A stretch of DNA of 63,095 nucleotides, filler included, from Lenisia limosa (GCA_001655205.1; 9 parts of 9 records of this genome joined end to end with filler, not necessarily neighbours in it); one strand, 5' to 3'. Shown: positions 48,473 to 61,705, counted from the first letter of the whole stretch. Numbers and translations: made by a program. Notes: generated from the sequence alone by a model not told the origin.

Positions 48473-51400
48473 AGTGGTGTTGTTGAACCAGAATCGTCTT
48501 TGTTTAGTTCCATTCAGTCTTTTCGTGAAAAGGGTCATTTAAGACATTCTGAAACACCAGTTGGTCGTGCCAACGATAAAATGGTATCTAATTTTGAAAA
48601 TCAACCATTAATGGATAAAGCTGGAAGCCGCAAACCAGGAAATGTTTGAGGATGCTAATTATGATTATTGTTACACGTGATGTCAGAAAATATCTCACAA
48701 TTTCAGATCAGAGAGGTTCAGTTAGATTACAGAGATGATGAAGGAAGGCTTTTAACACCAAAAGAGGTATGTTTCAAATTCCTTTTTGTGGTTTTTTATC
48801 TTGAGGTCGAGGGAGCGAACCCTGGAGCAGGCTTTTTTTTTCAAACAGCAATCTTCTGTAATGATCATCTTTCTTCTTTTTTTTTCTCCCTTCTTTTCAT
48901 TAAGGAGTTTTCTCTCGCCTAACCCGATTCCAATCAATACACAACTTGTATGAAGCTTGTCGTACTATCAGCAAGCCTAAGGATACAATATTTGAAAAAC
49001 CGTTTCTTGGATATATTCAACGGGCTTTTTTTTGTCCTTGGCTTATATACTATTTGTATATATAAGAAAGCATGATTGATTTTGTTTTCAATTTTTATCT
49101 TCCAAATGGTCATAGGAGTAAACAATTATCATAGTGTAAAAGTGCTAAATGTTCAACGACCTTACCTGAGTTGCCGTCGACCCTGAGCTGCCAGTTGTGA
49201 GGAATTTTTGCAACAGTTAAGGAAGGCCATCATCAATAACCCTGTCTAAGTGTACTTTCTCCAAGAATACCCCAATGAAGTACACCCTCGGAAATCTGAA
49301 AGTCATATTTTCCGTTTTGGGGTCTTTTTTTTTTCTTTTTTTTTTTTTTTCTCGAAAAATCCTCTTTTGTCGCTCTGATCGAACTGTTAGCAGAAATCAT
49401 CATTTACGAGACAAAAGGGATAAAGGGGGTAAGAAGGGTAGGGGGTATGGGGTGACATGTCATCGGATGTCAAATAGTTTGGTGTTTAAAACCGCGAAGA
49501 CGCCAAAAATCGTTAAATATTCCATTCAATAACATCCTTTTTAGTGGGGAAATCGACAGCTTCGAGCATAGGATCATCATTAACAGCAAAACAAAGCAAT
49601 TTTAACCAAAAATAAGAAAGAAAATGAAAAAATTGAAAGAAAAAAAAATCTTTTGATCAGAATGGAACCGGATTCGAGAAGGCCTTGTGATGTTACGACC
49701 GTGCTTGGTGTTCATGTGTTGCCAGAACCCGGAGGTCAAGTCCAGAGTTGAAAACACCCTGGATAGGACCAGTTTGTCCAGGAAATCCTCAATTATGGGT
49801 ACCGGGAATTTATCCGTGACTGTAGCGCAGTTCAAAGCCGTATAATCTATCACTTACCTCTTCTTTTTGCCATTATACTACAAGGGCAGGAGCTGCCTAG
49901 AGACTGCTTGACACAGGATAAAGTTGTGACGGAGTAGTTATTTAATTTTTTCAGCGAATACCCCGTTTCTTGCAACAGTTGAAGATCTGCACTACATACG
50001 AGCCAGATCTACCTTCAGATTGTTCAAATGGCGCCTTGATCCACAATGACCTCCATAAGATCAGCACACCCGTGACAAGGCTTGCCTCTCCCTGGGTTAG
50101 GACGGTGGCGGTGATCGGGTGAATGCTGTACACAACTATGAAGGCTGACGCCGGCGATAAAGCGGGCGTGTCTTGGATATGTTGTGACAAGCGGGCGTGT
50201 GGGGGGTCAGGTTGTGTTATTGGACGGGGTGTCTTGAAGATCTGTTAACCACTCTTCTGCGTACTCTGGAGTGTAGCAGACTGAGAATGACTACTACTGT
50301 CTTTCTAGGTCGGATTCTTGGAGGTACCAAACAGGGTTTTCTGTAAGGAATTTGATGCAGGTCGTTTTGCCCGTGGGTTGACCGCGGGAGATGCGGGAGC
50401 CGAGGTGCCCCAGGGGTTACTCCCGACCGGCTTCTGACCCTGGGCCGATGACCATGGATTGGCCTAGGTTTTCGAGGGCAAAGGCTGCGAAGATGTGGCG
50501 AAAGGATGGGGTGGTTGATTTTCTTGGGCGAAAGGATGGGCTTGTCACTTAATGACGTATCGGGCCAGACGTTTACTTCCAAATTAGGCAAGTTCAGCGG
50601 CTGTGAGCTGAACCATTCCGAAGACTCACGCTGATCCGTGATCATGTTGCAGGAATTATCGGAAGCGCTTTCGTTATCAGCAAAGCCGGGCCTTGACAAC
50701 ATGGATGAGTGTGCCGATGAAACAGAAGGGGTCTGTTGGAGTGAGGAAGAAGTTCGTGAAAGATGCTGATCTGGTGATATCTGCTCAGGACTGTGATTAG
50801 TCATTGTTTGCGGCGTTTAGTAAGCCTTTGCTAAAAGCTCCGTTCTACTATTTCTTTCACCCTTGAAAGTCGACTTCTCCGCTTGATATATCATATTGGA
50901 GAATGCGGAAGCTTACTCAATTGGGTTAACCTTGAACTGCTATTTGGTAAAGTTGGTGAGTGCGTTTCCCCAATTTATTGCCTGAGACCAATCGTTAGAC
51001 CAAGACTGGAGGTTAGATTGGAGTGCTTGCCGTGCGTATTGAGAAATGCTGTGATGCTTGAGATCGTAGTCACCATATAGGATGTGACCGTTCATGAATC
51101 GGAACTTGACAACTTCTTTGGAGGCAACGGAGATGAGATCGAAGATGATGGTTGGACAGTCTTTCAAACCCATTGGTAGGCATATAAAGTGACCGGTGAT
51201 GTCAGATGGGGTCTTGAACCAGACTCGGTTGTAGTTTGACAGGCCCCCGATATGTCGTCCTCCCAGGCTACTACATAATCTGCCGCATGGGTGATTCCCC
51301 CCCCCCCCTACCACCAAGGACCTTGAGAGAGGCCCCACCATAGACAACATCAAGTTTGACGGCGATGAGGCCAGTATGACATTGAAATTCACCAAGAATT

Positions 51401-54400
51401 CCCCTCACTCCCCTGACACCTTCACCTACGATTCCTCTCCCATGATCTCGTCCGTGCTCTCGGAGCCCTCTAAGCCCAATCCGCCGCTAACCCAGCCAGT
51501 ACCCACAGAACTGTCTTCTGCTGGCCCGACACAGGAACAATCGTCAGGACAAGAGCACTGTATACCATCTTGCGCAGGGATGACAAGGCTGCTGAAAAGT
51601 TCACTCTGTCACACTCGTGCTACCATCCTTAGCAAGGAAAAGAAGAGATCACCTGAAGCGGTTATGCGGGACGTGGATGAGGCTCTCACCGACAAGCCAA
51701 GAAAACATGCACTCATGAAGTGTCTAAGTGTTATGTATTTGTTATTATCTTCATTTGATACATGCTTTGCCCCAGGGACAAACCGTAATTTGGGTTATTT
51801 TGGGGCTTTGGTCCGGATCTCAGAGAGATTTGACCAGAAAAGCCAGCTAGCTGTTCTCTTGAAAGAGAGCGCTTTTCATTACACTCAAGTACGGATTTTC
51901 ATTTTATCAAAGTAACTCAGGTTTCAAGAAGCCAAGAAGGAAAGCAGCCAACTGGCCCATAGTCAGCACGGACCCCTAGGTCATATTAAAGTTAATGAGA
52001 GATTTCAATCGCAAAAACATTATCTCACTTTTCCACCCGCTGCACTCCCTTCCGCCAACAGCTCCGCAAGAAATACTGTTACGAAGCCAGTCTGGTATCC
52101 GTTACCGCAACCTCGTCTCACACCCACATCCCCTAGCACTAGCCACTCAAACCCCATTGGGTTGATCACCAAAATAAAAGAAGACGGGTCTACTAAGAAC
52201 CGCATCATTCTATGTAGATGGGAGCTACCTGTCCGAAGCTTCAACCCACATCCCATTCCGCTTAACCCTCATTGATAAACTGAGGAACAGCCTCAATAAA
52301 GGTTGGTGGCTGTTCGGAGGCGATCTCTCAGACATAACCATCGCACACAACTCAAGCAATTGGTTCAGAACCCATCACAACTTGCCTCCCTATTTTTCAT
52401 CGACATGTACCTGGGTTCCGCAGCCACAATCACCATTACACGTTACTGCCTGTTAACACGAGTCTGCACCCTTAACGACTACAAGATCCAATACGCACCA
52501 AATAAGCTGCAGCTCCCAGCCACACGCTCTACTCACTTGGGTATCACCCTAGACACTATGAAAATGACCGCCGAAATTCCCCCAGCCAAGGTCAGATCTT
52601 ACATCCGTACTATAAATGACACCCTCACTAAAGGAATAGCATCAAGGAAAAAAGGACAATCCATCATTGGAAAGTTAGTATGGGCAGGCACTTTACTACT
52701 GCAGCTCAGACCTTTCACAAAACCCTTGATGGTAGACATTTTGCCTCTGGAATCCAGGACACCCAACGCTACCACGAAGCTCAACAAAGAGTCTATAGAG
52801 GGTCTACAAGCATGGAAGAGGGCATTTACCAATCTGGACCCCAACTGATCCACAATCCTAAGAAGATAACCGACCAAGCATACTTCACAACCGACGCATC
52901 ACTGAAAGCCGTGGCAGTAACCTGTCCTACCACCAACACTTACTTTGCTGAAGAAGTTCCTCTGATTAAAAAGCACAGTTCAATAGCAGTGCTGGAACTT
53001 GTAGCCCGACTGGTAAGTTCAGAATTAAATTTACCCTCAGATTGGCATCGAAGTCTTCACAACCTCAATGGAGAATGCTTCAATCCTCGTCGGCATCGAC
53101 AACACCAACGCAATGGAGTGGTTCAAGAAAGGAGGAACNNNNNNNNNNATCAGACTCTAGGTATGAAATAATCTCGATTTGACAGTCACAAACCCATTCA
53201 GTCCTGTCTTCTCAGAGCATGGACAGAGGTATAGTAATACACCTTGCATACATTGCATCTGAGGACAATACAAACGCCGACAGTGCAAGCCGGGGATGGA
53301 GTCAATATAATTTCACAAGGCACGGTAAGAAGATAGTTGTGATCATGTTAATTTGTCTCTTCCACTTCCGACTTCTGTCACTTCACCTGTACATTTGGAT
53401 GTAACGATCCGTTTAGAAACCAACAAATGGGTGTTGAAGCTGGATGTCACCTCAATTTTTTGGCAAGGCTGAACTTAGTGCAACGACGGCGGTATGGAGG
53501 TTGTCTACAGAGACACCTAATCGATCGGATCTTGAAAGTAAATAATGAAAGTAAATAGATAATAATATATATATGTGGGTCCTCAAAGCTCCGAGCATCA
53601 TTCAAAACTCCCGGACACATCAAAACTCCCGGACAGCTTGAAGTTGACACCTTGTATAAGCCAGTGTTTTTTGAAAAAATGCTTCGACAGATACATAGAG
53701 AAATGGACCTCCTAATGTTCCCAACTTTTTTTTCAATTTTGAGCAAATGTCAAAAATCCGTGAATTTGGTCTCCCGGGGGTCCCCCTTTTGCCTTTTCAC
53801 TGGATTTTTTTCTGAATCTTACCCTCTTTTAGTGTGAAGAAACAAAAATTTATACCCCTCGGAGTAATTGATTACGGGTTCCCATTTGCTTTGGCTATGT
53901 AATGGTGAATTTTGAGGAAAAAATGCTAAAAATAGCACTGTCTACAGGGGTAAACTTTCCCGGATAGTTGCCATTTATTCCTTGAATGTGGCCTTTTATA
54001 ACGGTTTTGACCGTAAATAGACTTAATTTGGTTTTGACCCGATAATATGTCAAATTGGGGTTTCATTATTTGATTAAGATTGAGATTACTTTTAAAAACA
54101 GAAGCGAAATAGGGTTTCTGGGTGGTTTATGGTGATTTTGTATGGAAAACTCAAGCTGTCCGGGANNNNNNNNNNNNNNNNNNNNNNNNNNNNNNNNNNN
54201 NNNNNNNNNNNNNNNNNNNNNNNNNNNNNNNNNNNNNNNNNNNNNNNNNNNNNNNNNNNNNNNNNNNNNNNNNNNNNNNNNNNNNNNNNNNNNNNNNNNN
54301 NNNNNNNNNNNNNNNNNNNNNNNNNNNNNNNNNNNNNNNNNNNNNNNNNNNNNNNNNNNTGATCTCCAGTTGTTGTACAGGCTCTTCGCCTCCAGCTTGT

Positions 54401-56181
54401 TGCGTACTGTTCTCTCTTCTTGCTTGAATGACCAAGAACCCGTCACAACTCGCTCCTCAGGGTCAGTAACTGTTCAGTAACTTTGGTCAGTAACCAGTGA
54501 CTAATGTTTTTACCAGGTTACAGTACACACTTTAGATTTGTTTTTGAAGAATGAAAATGCACAATGCAACCACTACCACTAAACATTATCACCAATCCTC
54601 AAACGGGACTGGCAATAAAAGCAGAAAGAGGTTGGAATACAATAGTAGGGGAGAAAATGATTAACAAAGGCAAACAGAGCAAACAAACCATTTTGAAACA
54701 GTAACAACAGCCTCTTTGTCTTGTTACATCAACATCAGCATTTCTAGGGGATTTCGTAGTGAATATTTTGAATGCAGCACCTTCTAAATCACATTAGTTG
54801 ATCATGGTTACACCAACAGAACTTGTTCTCACTGCTGTCCAAAATAGATCTCTAAATAGTTTAAAAAAAAGGATGGATAACAAACAAACAACCATTTGAA
54901 TGGAACCAATACCAAAACAACAGAAAAAAAAGGCTTCCCAAATGAACAAAGCTGCTCGATACATACCTAGTCCGATCAATAAATCAATAAAAGTCACACC
55001 AGAACACGATTTAGCTGCAGAAGTGTGGTTATCATCGTTTTTGTTTCGAGATATGGAACAACAAATATTGAACAACAACATCACTCCGAAGGCCTAACCT
55101 GCATTCATCCCAGCTCGACATGGCTCTAAATTATGTCACCTTTTTCTTACTATCTCTGTCACTCCATCAAAGGACGTTATGCAGCCCAAAGGTAAAAATG
55201 ATACCATACTCATTATCCAGAATGATCCTGAGCATCAACAAGCCGAACAAGTCCAAGCCAGTCAAACAGGCCCCCGATATGTCATCCGCACAGTNNNNNN
55301 NNNNNNNNNNNNNNNNNNNNNNNNNNNNNNNNNNNNNNNNNNNNNNNNNNNNNNNNNNNNNNNNNNNNNNNNNNNNNNNNNNNNNNNNNNNNNNNNNNNN
55401 NNNNNNNNNNNNNNNNNNNNNNNNNNNNNNNNNNNNNNNNNNNNNNNNNNNNNNNNNNNNNNNNNNNNNNNNNNNNNNNNNNNNNNNNNNNNNNNNNNNN
55501 NNNNNNNNNNNNNNNNNNNNNNNNNNNNNNNNNNNNNNNNNNNNNNNNNNNNNNNNNNNNNNNNNNNNNNNNNNNNNNNNNNNNNNNNNNNNNNNNNNNN
55601 NNNNNNNNNNNNNNNNNNNNNNNNNNNNNNNNNNNNNGAAGCAACATCAAGGAGAGAAGGACAATCCATCATTGTAAAGCTGGTCTTGAAAGCTACCCAA
55701 CTTCCACGTCAGACCATTCATAAAGAAACAGCCTCAAGGAAGGTTGATGGTAGTTTGGAGGCGACCTGTCGATGCTCACATTACGAAAAGCACATTCTGC
55801 TTAAGCTCTCTTGAGGCCACGTTGGCCATTTTGATAAAAGATGGGTTTTAAGATAATTTACAGGAATCCTGCGNNNNNNNNNNNNNNNNNNNNNNNNNNN
55901 NNNNNNNNNNNNNNNNNNNNNNNNNNNNNNNNNNNNNNNNNNNNNNNNNNNNNNNNTTAATCTTTATTTTTTAACACCAATAACCATAGTGCGTCATTAT
56001 TTGTAAACTCTTTATTTCCTTTGTAAGCTTTTAGGCATTTCGCCACCTTTCATATCGCTTTCATGGAAGAAAACCAGGTCGCAAAAACTTTGAAAGGAAA
56101 ATTAAACAGCTTCAAGAAAGAGAATATGTTATTCAAAAAGGCTCAGAACATGAGATTCAAACCTCAATCCCAACATTAAAG
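48473..56181 (+). CDS. SART1: U4/U6.U5 tri-snRNP protein SART1/Snu66, C-terminal exons, partial
   Basis: Exons 48473-48583 (VEPE...REKGHL...GRANDKM), 48707-48766 (IREVQLDYRDDEGRLLTPKE) and 56035-56181 (AFRHLSYRFHGRKPGRKNFERK) rebuild the SART1 YxDxxGRxLTPKEAFRxLSxxFHG signature in phase 0. Confidence 0.9.
49700..49853 (-). mobile_element. Ty3/Gypsy reverse transcriptase fragment
   Basis: IDYTALNCATVTDKFPVPIIEDFLDKL...FSTLDLTSGFWQ. Confidence 0.85.
49951..50804 (-). mobile_element. Degenerate gag-like/ORF1 segment
   Basis: Ser/Pro-rich frame broken by stops, similar to 47400-47790, and nested among RT/YR fragments. Confidence 0.45.
50990..51260 (-). mobile_element. Reverse transcriptase mid-domain fragment
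   Basis: VWFKTP...FICLPMGLKDCPTIIF...LYGDYD, with a decayed YxDD motif. Confidence 0.6.
51240..51865 (+). mobile_element. Tyrosine recombinase fragment (copy 2, both halves contiguous, with deletions)
   Basis: ICRMGD...RGPTIDNIKF...TKN, then sequence matching 46165-46560. The IHSIR codons are deleted. Confidence 0.7.
52100..53300 (+). mobile_element. DIRS-class RT/RNase H, degenerate
   Basis: HSNPIGLITKIKEDGSTKNRII, GDLSD, THLGITLDTMKMTAEIPPAK, GQSIIGKLVW; RNase H motifs FTTDAS, IAVLEL, DNTNAMEW and YIASEDNTNADSASRG. Several frameshifts. Confidence 0.85.
53574..54165. mobile_element. Non-autonomous TIR element (copy 2, right end lost in a gap)
   Basis: Same left end TGTGGGTCCTCAAAGCTCC and same internal sequence as 38109-38684. 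Confidence 0.85.
54990..55745 (+). mobile_element. Third YR-retroelement remnant
   Basis: 55010-55080 matches about 46590-46660. 55215-55290 matches the YR-upstream sequence at about 47110-47165 (inverted) and 51240-51260. 55638-55740 encodes ATSRREGQSIIVKLV. Confidence 0.65.
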
Positions 56182-57109
56182 GTATCCTTTAGGTCATACT
56201 ATCAAATTCTGTTATAAACTTAATGCCCACATATATACATGTATAGATATCATATAGGTGAGTGCACACGACCGCGACCTGTAACATAACCGCGACCGCT
56301 TTTCAAATTNNNNNNNNNNNNNNNNNNNNNNNNNNNNNNNNNNNNNNNNNNNNTTAATTAATTAANNNNNNNNNNNNNNNNNNNNNNNNNNNNNNNNNNN
56401 NNNNNNNNNTAACTGTTTTTCAGAGAGGGGCTTGACAGCGATTGACTGCTCGTCACCTGCTTCCATCTTACAATGTTCTTAACTACGTATAAACTTCTTC
56501 TTCAGAGTACTCAAGAGAGCTTGGATAAGAAAAAAAAAAGGACATTAAAAATTTCATATTTTTTGGGGGCACAAGTTTTTTTTTTTTTCTGATCTCCAAA
56601 CTTTTTTTTGTTTTTTGTCTTTCACACACCCCTTCCNNNNNNNNNNNNNNNNNNNNNNNNNNNNNNNNNNNNNNNNNNNNNNNNNNNNNNNNNNNNNNNN
56701 NNNNNNNNNNNNNNNNNNNNNNNNNNNNNNNNNNNNNNNNNNNNNNNNNNNNNNNNNNNNNNNGATGATCTTTAATCTCAGCCATCGGTTTTAATAAATG
56801 TTCCAGGTATAATCTTCAAACCAAGAGAACAAAAAAAATTATCGGGTTTTATCAGGTTTACCCGTCCAGGCATATCATATACATATGTATGTAAATCAAT
56901 ATGTTTTGTTTGACATAGTTGTATGTAGTATGTATATTTGAGTCCAATCCCAACACGTGTTTAGATTTTTGACAGCCCACCTTTCGGTCCACGGAGTTGG
57001 TGCAAAAGTGGGGGGANNNNNNNNNNCTATATGACTGATATGTACCTGATGTATGGTTTTTATGAGTTTATGAGTTTATAAGTGTACTTCTTTGGTGAAT
57101 AATAGATTT

Positions 57110-57365
57110 TAATCAAATACAAAGCGTTTGGACCTGACTGGGGGACTGGGCCTAAGACTGGACTGATCCTGGGCTGATCCTGAACCCGATCCTGAAATTT
57201 CGTGGGTGACCCTGGTCTTCAGGATTGCCAAAATCCTGGGTCCTGGAGTCCCCTGACCAACTGTGCGAACTTTAAAAAAAATCTAAATTTGACCATGGGT
57301 TAGTAGAGTTGTTATATCTGGGGACCTCAACCTGTCAAGTCTTTCCGGAGACCTCTAGCCTATGC
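57110..57365 (-). CDS. Hypothetical protein, two phase-compatible exons
   Basis: RSPERLDRLRSPDITTLLTH|VRTVGQG...PVRSKRF. No family recognised. Confidence 0.3.
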
Positions 57366-58518
57366 AGCTGTTATTTGCTATACAAAATACTTCATAGAAA
57401 ATTCAGAAAGAAAGGCTAAAACCCTCTTACAAAGTAGTGTTTTCGTAAATTAGGAGTATAAGCCCATGAAAACATTTATTTTGAAATTTCAAGAACCCAA
57501 CAAACTCTTGAGAAGTGAACAAGAAGGCGACAAAATGGTAATCTCTTTTATATTCCATGCCTATCTTTCCAATGACTGACTTTACACCTGCTATCACTTG
57601 TCTCCAAGCTTATATTGTCTTGGAACAAATTTAAAACCATAAAATCGGAGTTATAGTCACCCAAGTACCTGCAAAATTTAGTGAATGACAGGGTCCAAAA
57701 GTGAGTTGCAGGTCATTGTTTGTTTAACCCGATTTGACCCGACCTATTAACTTGTTTTGTCAATCGAAAAGCGAGAGATAGTGGATGAAACCCGCGAAAA
57801 GCCTCAACAGAGTGTATTTCCCAGATATACCATATTCTACTACCCCATGATTTGACGCCCCCCCCCCATGGAGTAGTAGAGGAGATCTGGGGCTGTCAAC
57901 CTGTCGGTTTAGAGCTTCAATCCCTCTTTCCCCGCATTCGCCGTCTTAAAATCTTCAAAATACATCTAAAAAAGCAAAGTAGCAACGAACTAAAAGCAGA
58001 ACGTGATGTCCCTTGGGGAGATCTATCCTAAAAGGAATATATGCGTNNNNNNNNNNNNNNNNNNNNNNNNNNNNNNNNNNNNNNNNNNNNNNNNNNNNNN
58101 NNNNNNNNNNNNNNNNNNNNNNNNNNNNNNNNNNNNNNNNNNNNNNNNNNNNNNNNNNNNNNNNNNNNNNNNNNNNNNNNNNNNNNNNNNNNNNNNNNNN
58201 NNNNNNNNNNNNNNNNNNNNNNNNNNNNNNNNNNNNNNNNNNNNNNNNNNNNNNNNNNNNNNNNNNNNNNNNNNNNNNNNNNNNNNNNNNNNNNNNNNNN
58301 NNNNNNNNNNNNNNNNNNNNNNNNNNATAAAAAAGTCATTTTTCAAGCTCATTATCCTTTTAGTTTGTACTCTTATTGATAATATTGNNNNNNNNNNNNN
58401 NNNNNNNNNNNNNNNNNNNNNNNNNNNNNNNTTAATTAATTAANNNNNNNNNNNNNNNNNNNNNNNNNNNNNNNNNNNNNNNNNNNNTTTTAACAACATT
58501 ATAACTAACCTGGGGCAG

Positions 58519-61043
58519 CTTTGGAGCCAACAGACACACTGGCAAACCGCATCAGCCTTCTGGACAACGTACCCCCCATGTTGTGTCATAAGGTTGGTAG
58601 ATATTTGTGGTATAACTGGAGCTTCACTTCGGTTCGAACAAAGACTGTTTCCCGATTAATCCTCGGAAGTGAAGCTCTAGTATAAGTTGGAATAATATAT
58701 CTGTGCAATAAGTTTGGCATATAATTAAATTAAATAAGATCAAAGAGACCTGACAAATCTCTGGGAGCACCATCATACCTGCGGTTGTAATCAATGGGAA
58801 ACCAATATATACATGGGGGTACCATCAAACAAGGGCTTAGTGCAATTAATGGACAAAATTTGATATGAAAATGTCTGAAATGGGGCTCTTTTTACAGTAT
58901 GTCTCACTTCAAATTCGGCAATTAATTATCCAATTAATTGCACGGAGCCCTACATAAAACCAGCAGCCATCTTATTGTGGTCTAGATTGCCTTGATCCAG
59001 GTTCAACTGGGCCAAACAACTGAGGAGGAGATTCTAAAGAACTCCATTGGAGGAATCCGTTTCTATAAGGCAAGCGAAGGGAACGGCCTTATATTCTGGT
59101 TTGTGTTTCCTCTTTTTAGTATTAGCACCCTCCTCATATGAGTTCTGGCCGCGATAAGTCCTGACACGGATAGCTTTATTCTTAGTCTGTCGTATCATGA
59201 CGTATAGCGTTCAACTAGAATGCCCAGAAAGTGGTTAATGGGGGAGGGGGGGAGGTACCTGGGTGCTGTGGGTGCTGGTTGGTGTATCAGTGTTAGGGCT
59301 TCAATTCGGTTCAAAATTACGGGTATAATATCGATAGTTTTCGAAGATTTATCGATTTATTCGGTGTTTTTTTTTAACCGAAGTGAAGCCTTAATCAGTG
59401 TACTTTGTTTAATTTCTGATCGCATGTAATCTTGATGTTTCTTACCCTGGCAGTTCCTAATGAACATTGGCTGCACCTTTGACCCGTCCACTGCGCCCCC
59501 AGGACGCTATACTGCCGGCCTCAGCACCACATCAGGTACACCATTAACGGGATAAGTCTTGACCGATTTCACTTGGAAATCACACAGCAAATCGGTCAAG
59601 TCCTATCATGGTCGCTCTACATACACTCACTAAACTCGTTATACACTACGGCACATCGACTTGTTGTGTTTGGGATTCTCATAAGTTTCTTCGGATTTCC
59701 ATAAAATTCAATGGGATTTTTAGCTTTTTCATAAGAATCCCAAGTCAAAGCGCCCTATTTTATTAGTCATAAAGAGGGCCTGGCCTCCCTATGGTCCCAA
59801 AAAAATTGAATTTCTCGAAAATCCTTGATAAATATTGATATTGTAACAGTCTTTTTCGGACAGGTCTGTGCTTTCTTATTAACCTTATGCAGAGTTGATT
59901 TGGGTCTTTGCTTTGTTTTGTACATTTTCCAGCTTTACTCACCACCCCCCTCATCTAATCTCCCCATTTTCGTGGTTTTTCTTTTGTTTCATAAATCTGC
60001 CTTGTTTCACCCCCCCCCCCNNNNNNNNNNNNNNNNNNNNNNNNNNNNNNNNNNNNNNNNNNNNNNNNNNNNNNNNNNNNNNNNNNNNNGGGCTTTTTTT
60101 GTTTCATAAATTTCTCTTGTTTCACCCACCCACCCCCCAGCCGCAGTCGTTTTTCTTTTATTTCATAATGTTTCACCTCCTGAAGGTCGAGACGGGAAAA
60201 TCGCCCTTGCGTGGGATACGCCATTTCAATCCGTGGTGTTCCATACGACGGCGCTAATGGCGTCCTCGCAACTTCACCACAAGAAAATGCACATAGGTTC
60301 GCTCTAACTAGAGCTTGATCTCTGGTTCAAAAGGACTATTATTACACTTTGCATAATAAACTCAAATATTTATATGAAGAAAGATATGCAGTGATCGGGA
60401 TAAGTCTTGACCTATTTTCCTTGTCAAGACTTACCCCAGTCACTGTACCCTATGATACAATACATATATCACAGTATATTCCTTTAACCCGAGAGTGCAT
60501 TTACGATAAACTGCTCCTTATCTTCGTCCTCAACCCCCCCCCCCATAGCTCCTGATAGTAACCATATTACAACTTCAGGCAACGATCACATTCGAATTAT
60601 CTTTAACGAGGGCGGAGCCCCCTATGACCCAAGTATTATTAAGGTATGCACAATAGCTATAAGAATAAAACAGGATAAGTTACTGAAACTGCTTGGTACA
60701 TGAATTTGTCCTTTTCAATGGGATGCGGTGTTGCAGAAGCGACTGACCTGGGCTTTGTTTTATTGCCAGCAACCCTCGTGTTTTGTCCGCCAACAGAGTT
60801 GATTTGAGCTTTTTTTTTCTTTCAATTTTTTTTTTCAATCGTATTAATGTTTGAAACAGTACCTTTACTATTTATTGTATTTGTATTTTTGTTTTTGTTT
60901 TTGTAATTCATACTCCAATTTAACCTCCCTTTTATTCGTTGTTTTTGTGTCTTCACGGTTTCCAGAGTCAATTCAACACGGTTCATATTGTGGTATCCCC
61001 TAAGCCCAATGGGCTATCTTCTATTGAGGTCAGGAGGCTTGAA
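58519..61043 (+). CDS. TSC2/tuberin-like Rap-GAP domain protein, partial
   Basis: LLDNVPPMLCHK|IALIQVQLGQ...ILKN...FYK|FLMNIG...|RDG...VVFHTTALM...KKMHI|GNDHIRIIFNE...|SQFNTVHIVVSP. Closer to TSC2 than to RalGAP as I recall the motifs. Confidence 0.85.
58619..58677. mobile_element. MITE family A minimal copy
   Basis: GAGCTTCACTTC...GAAGTGAAGCTC. Confidence 0.85.
59296..59391. mobile_element. MITE family A copy
   Basis: TTA-GGGCTTCAATTCGGTT...AACCGAAGTGAAGCCT-TAA. Confidence 0.85.
60390..60445. mobile_element. MITE family B (CAGTG ends); other copies at about 2308-2380, 28980-29040, 39429-39490 and 59542-59615
   Basis: CAGTGATCGGGATAAGTCTTGAC / GTCAAGACTTACCCCAGTCACTG followed by TA. Confidence 0.8.
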
Positions 61044-61705
61044 GTATAGAGTAGACTTGTTTGTAAGATATTTTTCAAACACTGACAGCTCGTCATACCG
61101 TTTGTTTACACTTTCATTAATAGGAACTTATATATTTTGTTTTCTTTGTTTTGTTTAATTTTTAAAAATAGGCAACGTTCAATAATATCATGTAGTTTCA
61201 TAGAATTTCCTATTGAAATTATGTCAAAATGTTGTAATTGTTTAAGATAGAGATCAAGAATAATATAAAATATAATCCAGGGAATACATTAATACATAGG
61301 GACCATAAACAAATACCTAGGGGCTCCACTCTGATCCATAAAATGACTCGATATATTTCGATAGTTTACCGATCTTTTTCTTACCGGAGTGAATCTGTAC
61401 AAATTCCCCATCCATTTCACCTGGTCTTTAGCTTCTTCTTGAAGAGGGACTAGAGTTGCCTGGCCTAGACGTGTTTTGTCCAAAAATCGGTTGGAGAGTG
61501 GTAGATAAAGATGAATGTGTATGTGTATTGTATGCTGGGGAGGCACGTAGAAAGCTGTGTGCACAGAGTTGTAAGGCAAATGATTGGGTGNNNNNNNNNN
61601 NNNNNNNNNNNNNNNNNNNNNNNNNNNNNNNNNNTTAATTAATTAANNNNNNNNNNNNNNNNNNNNNNNNNNNNNNNNNNNNNNNNNNNNTCCTTAATTA
61701 TCTAG

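Noticed and set aside
54066-58443. Long ORFs in the track made mostly of X
   Set aside because: They are read-throughs of N gaps.
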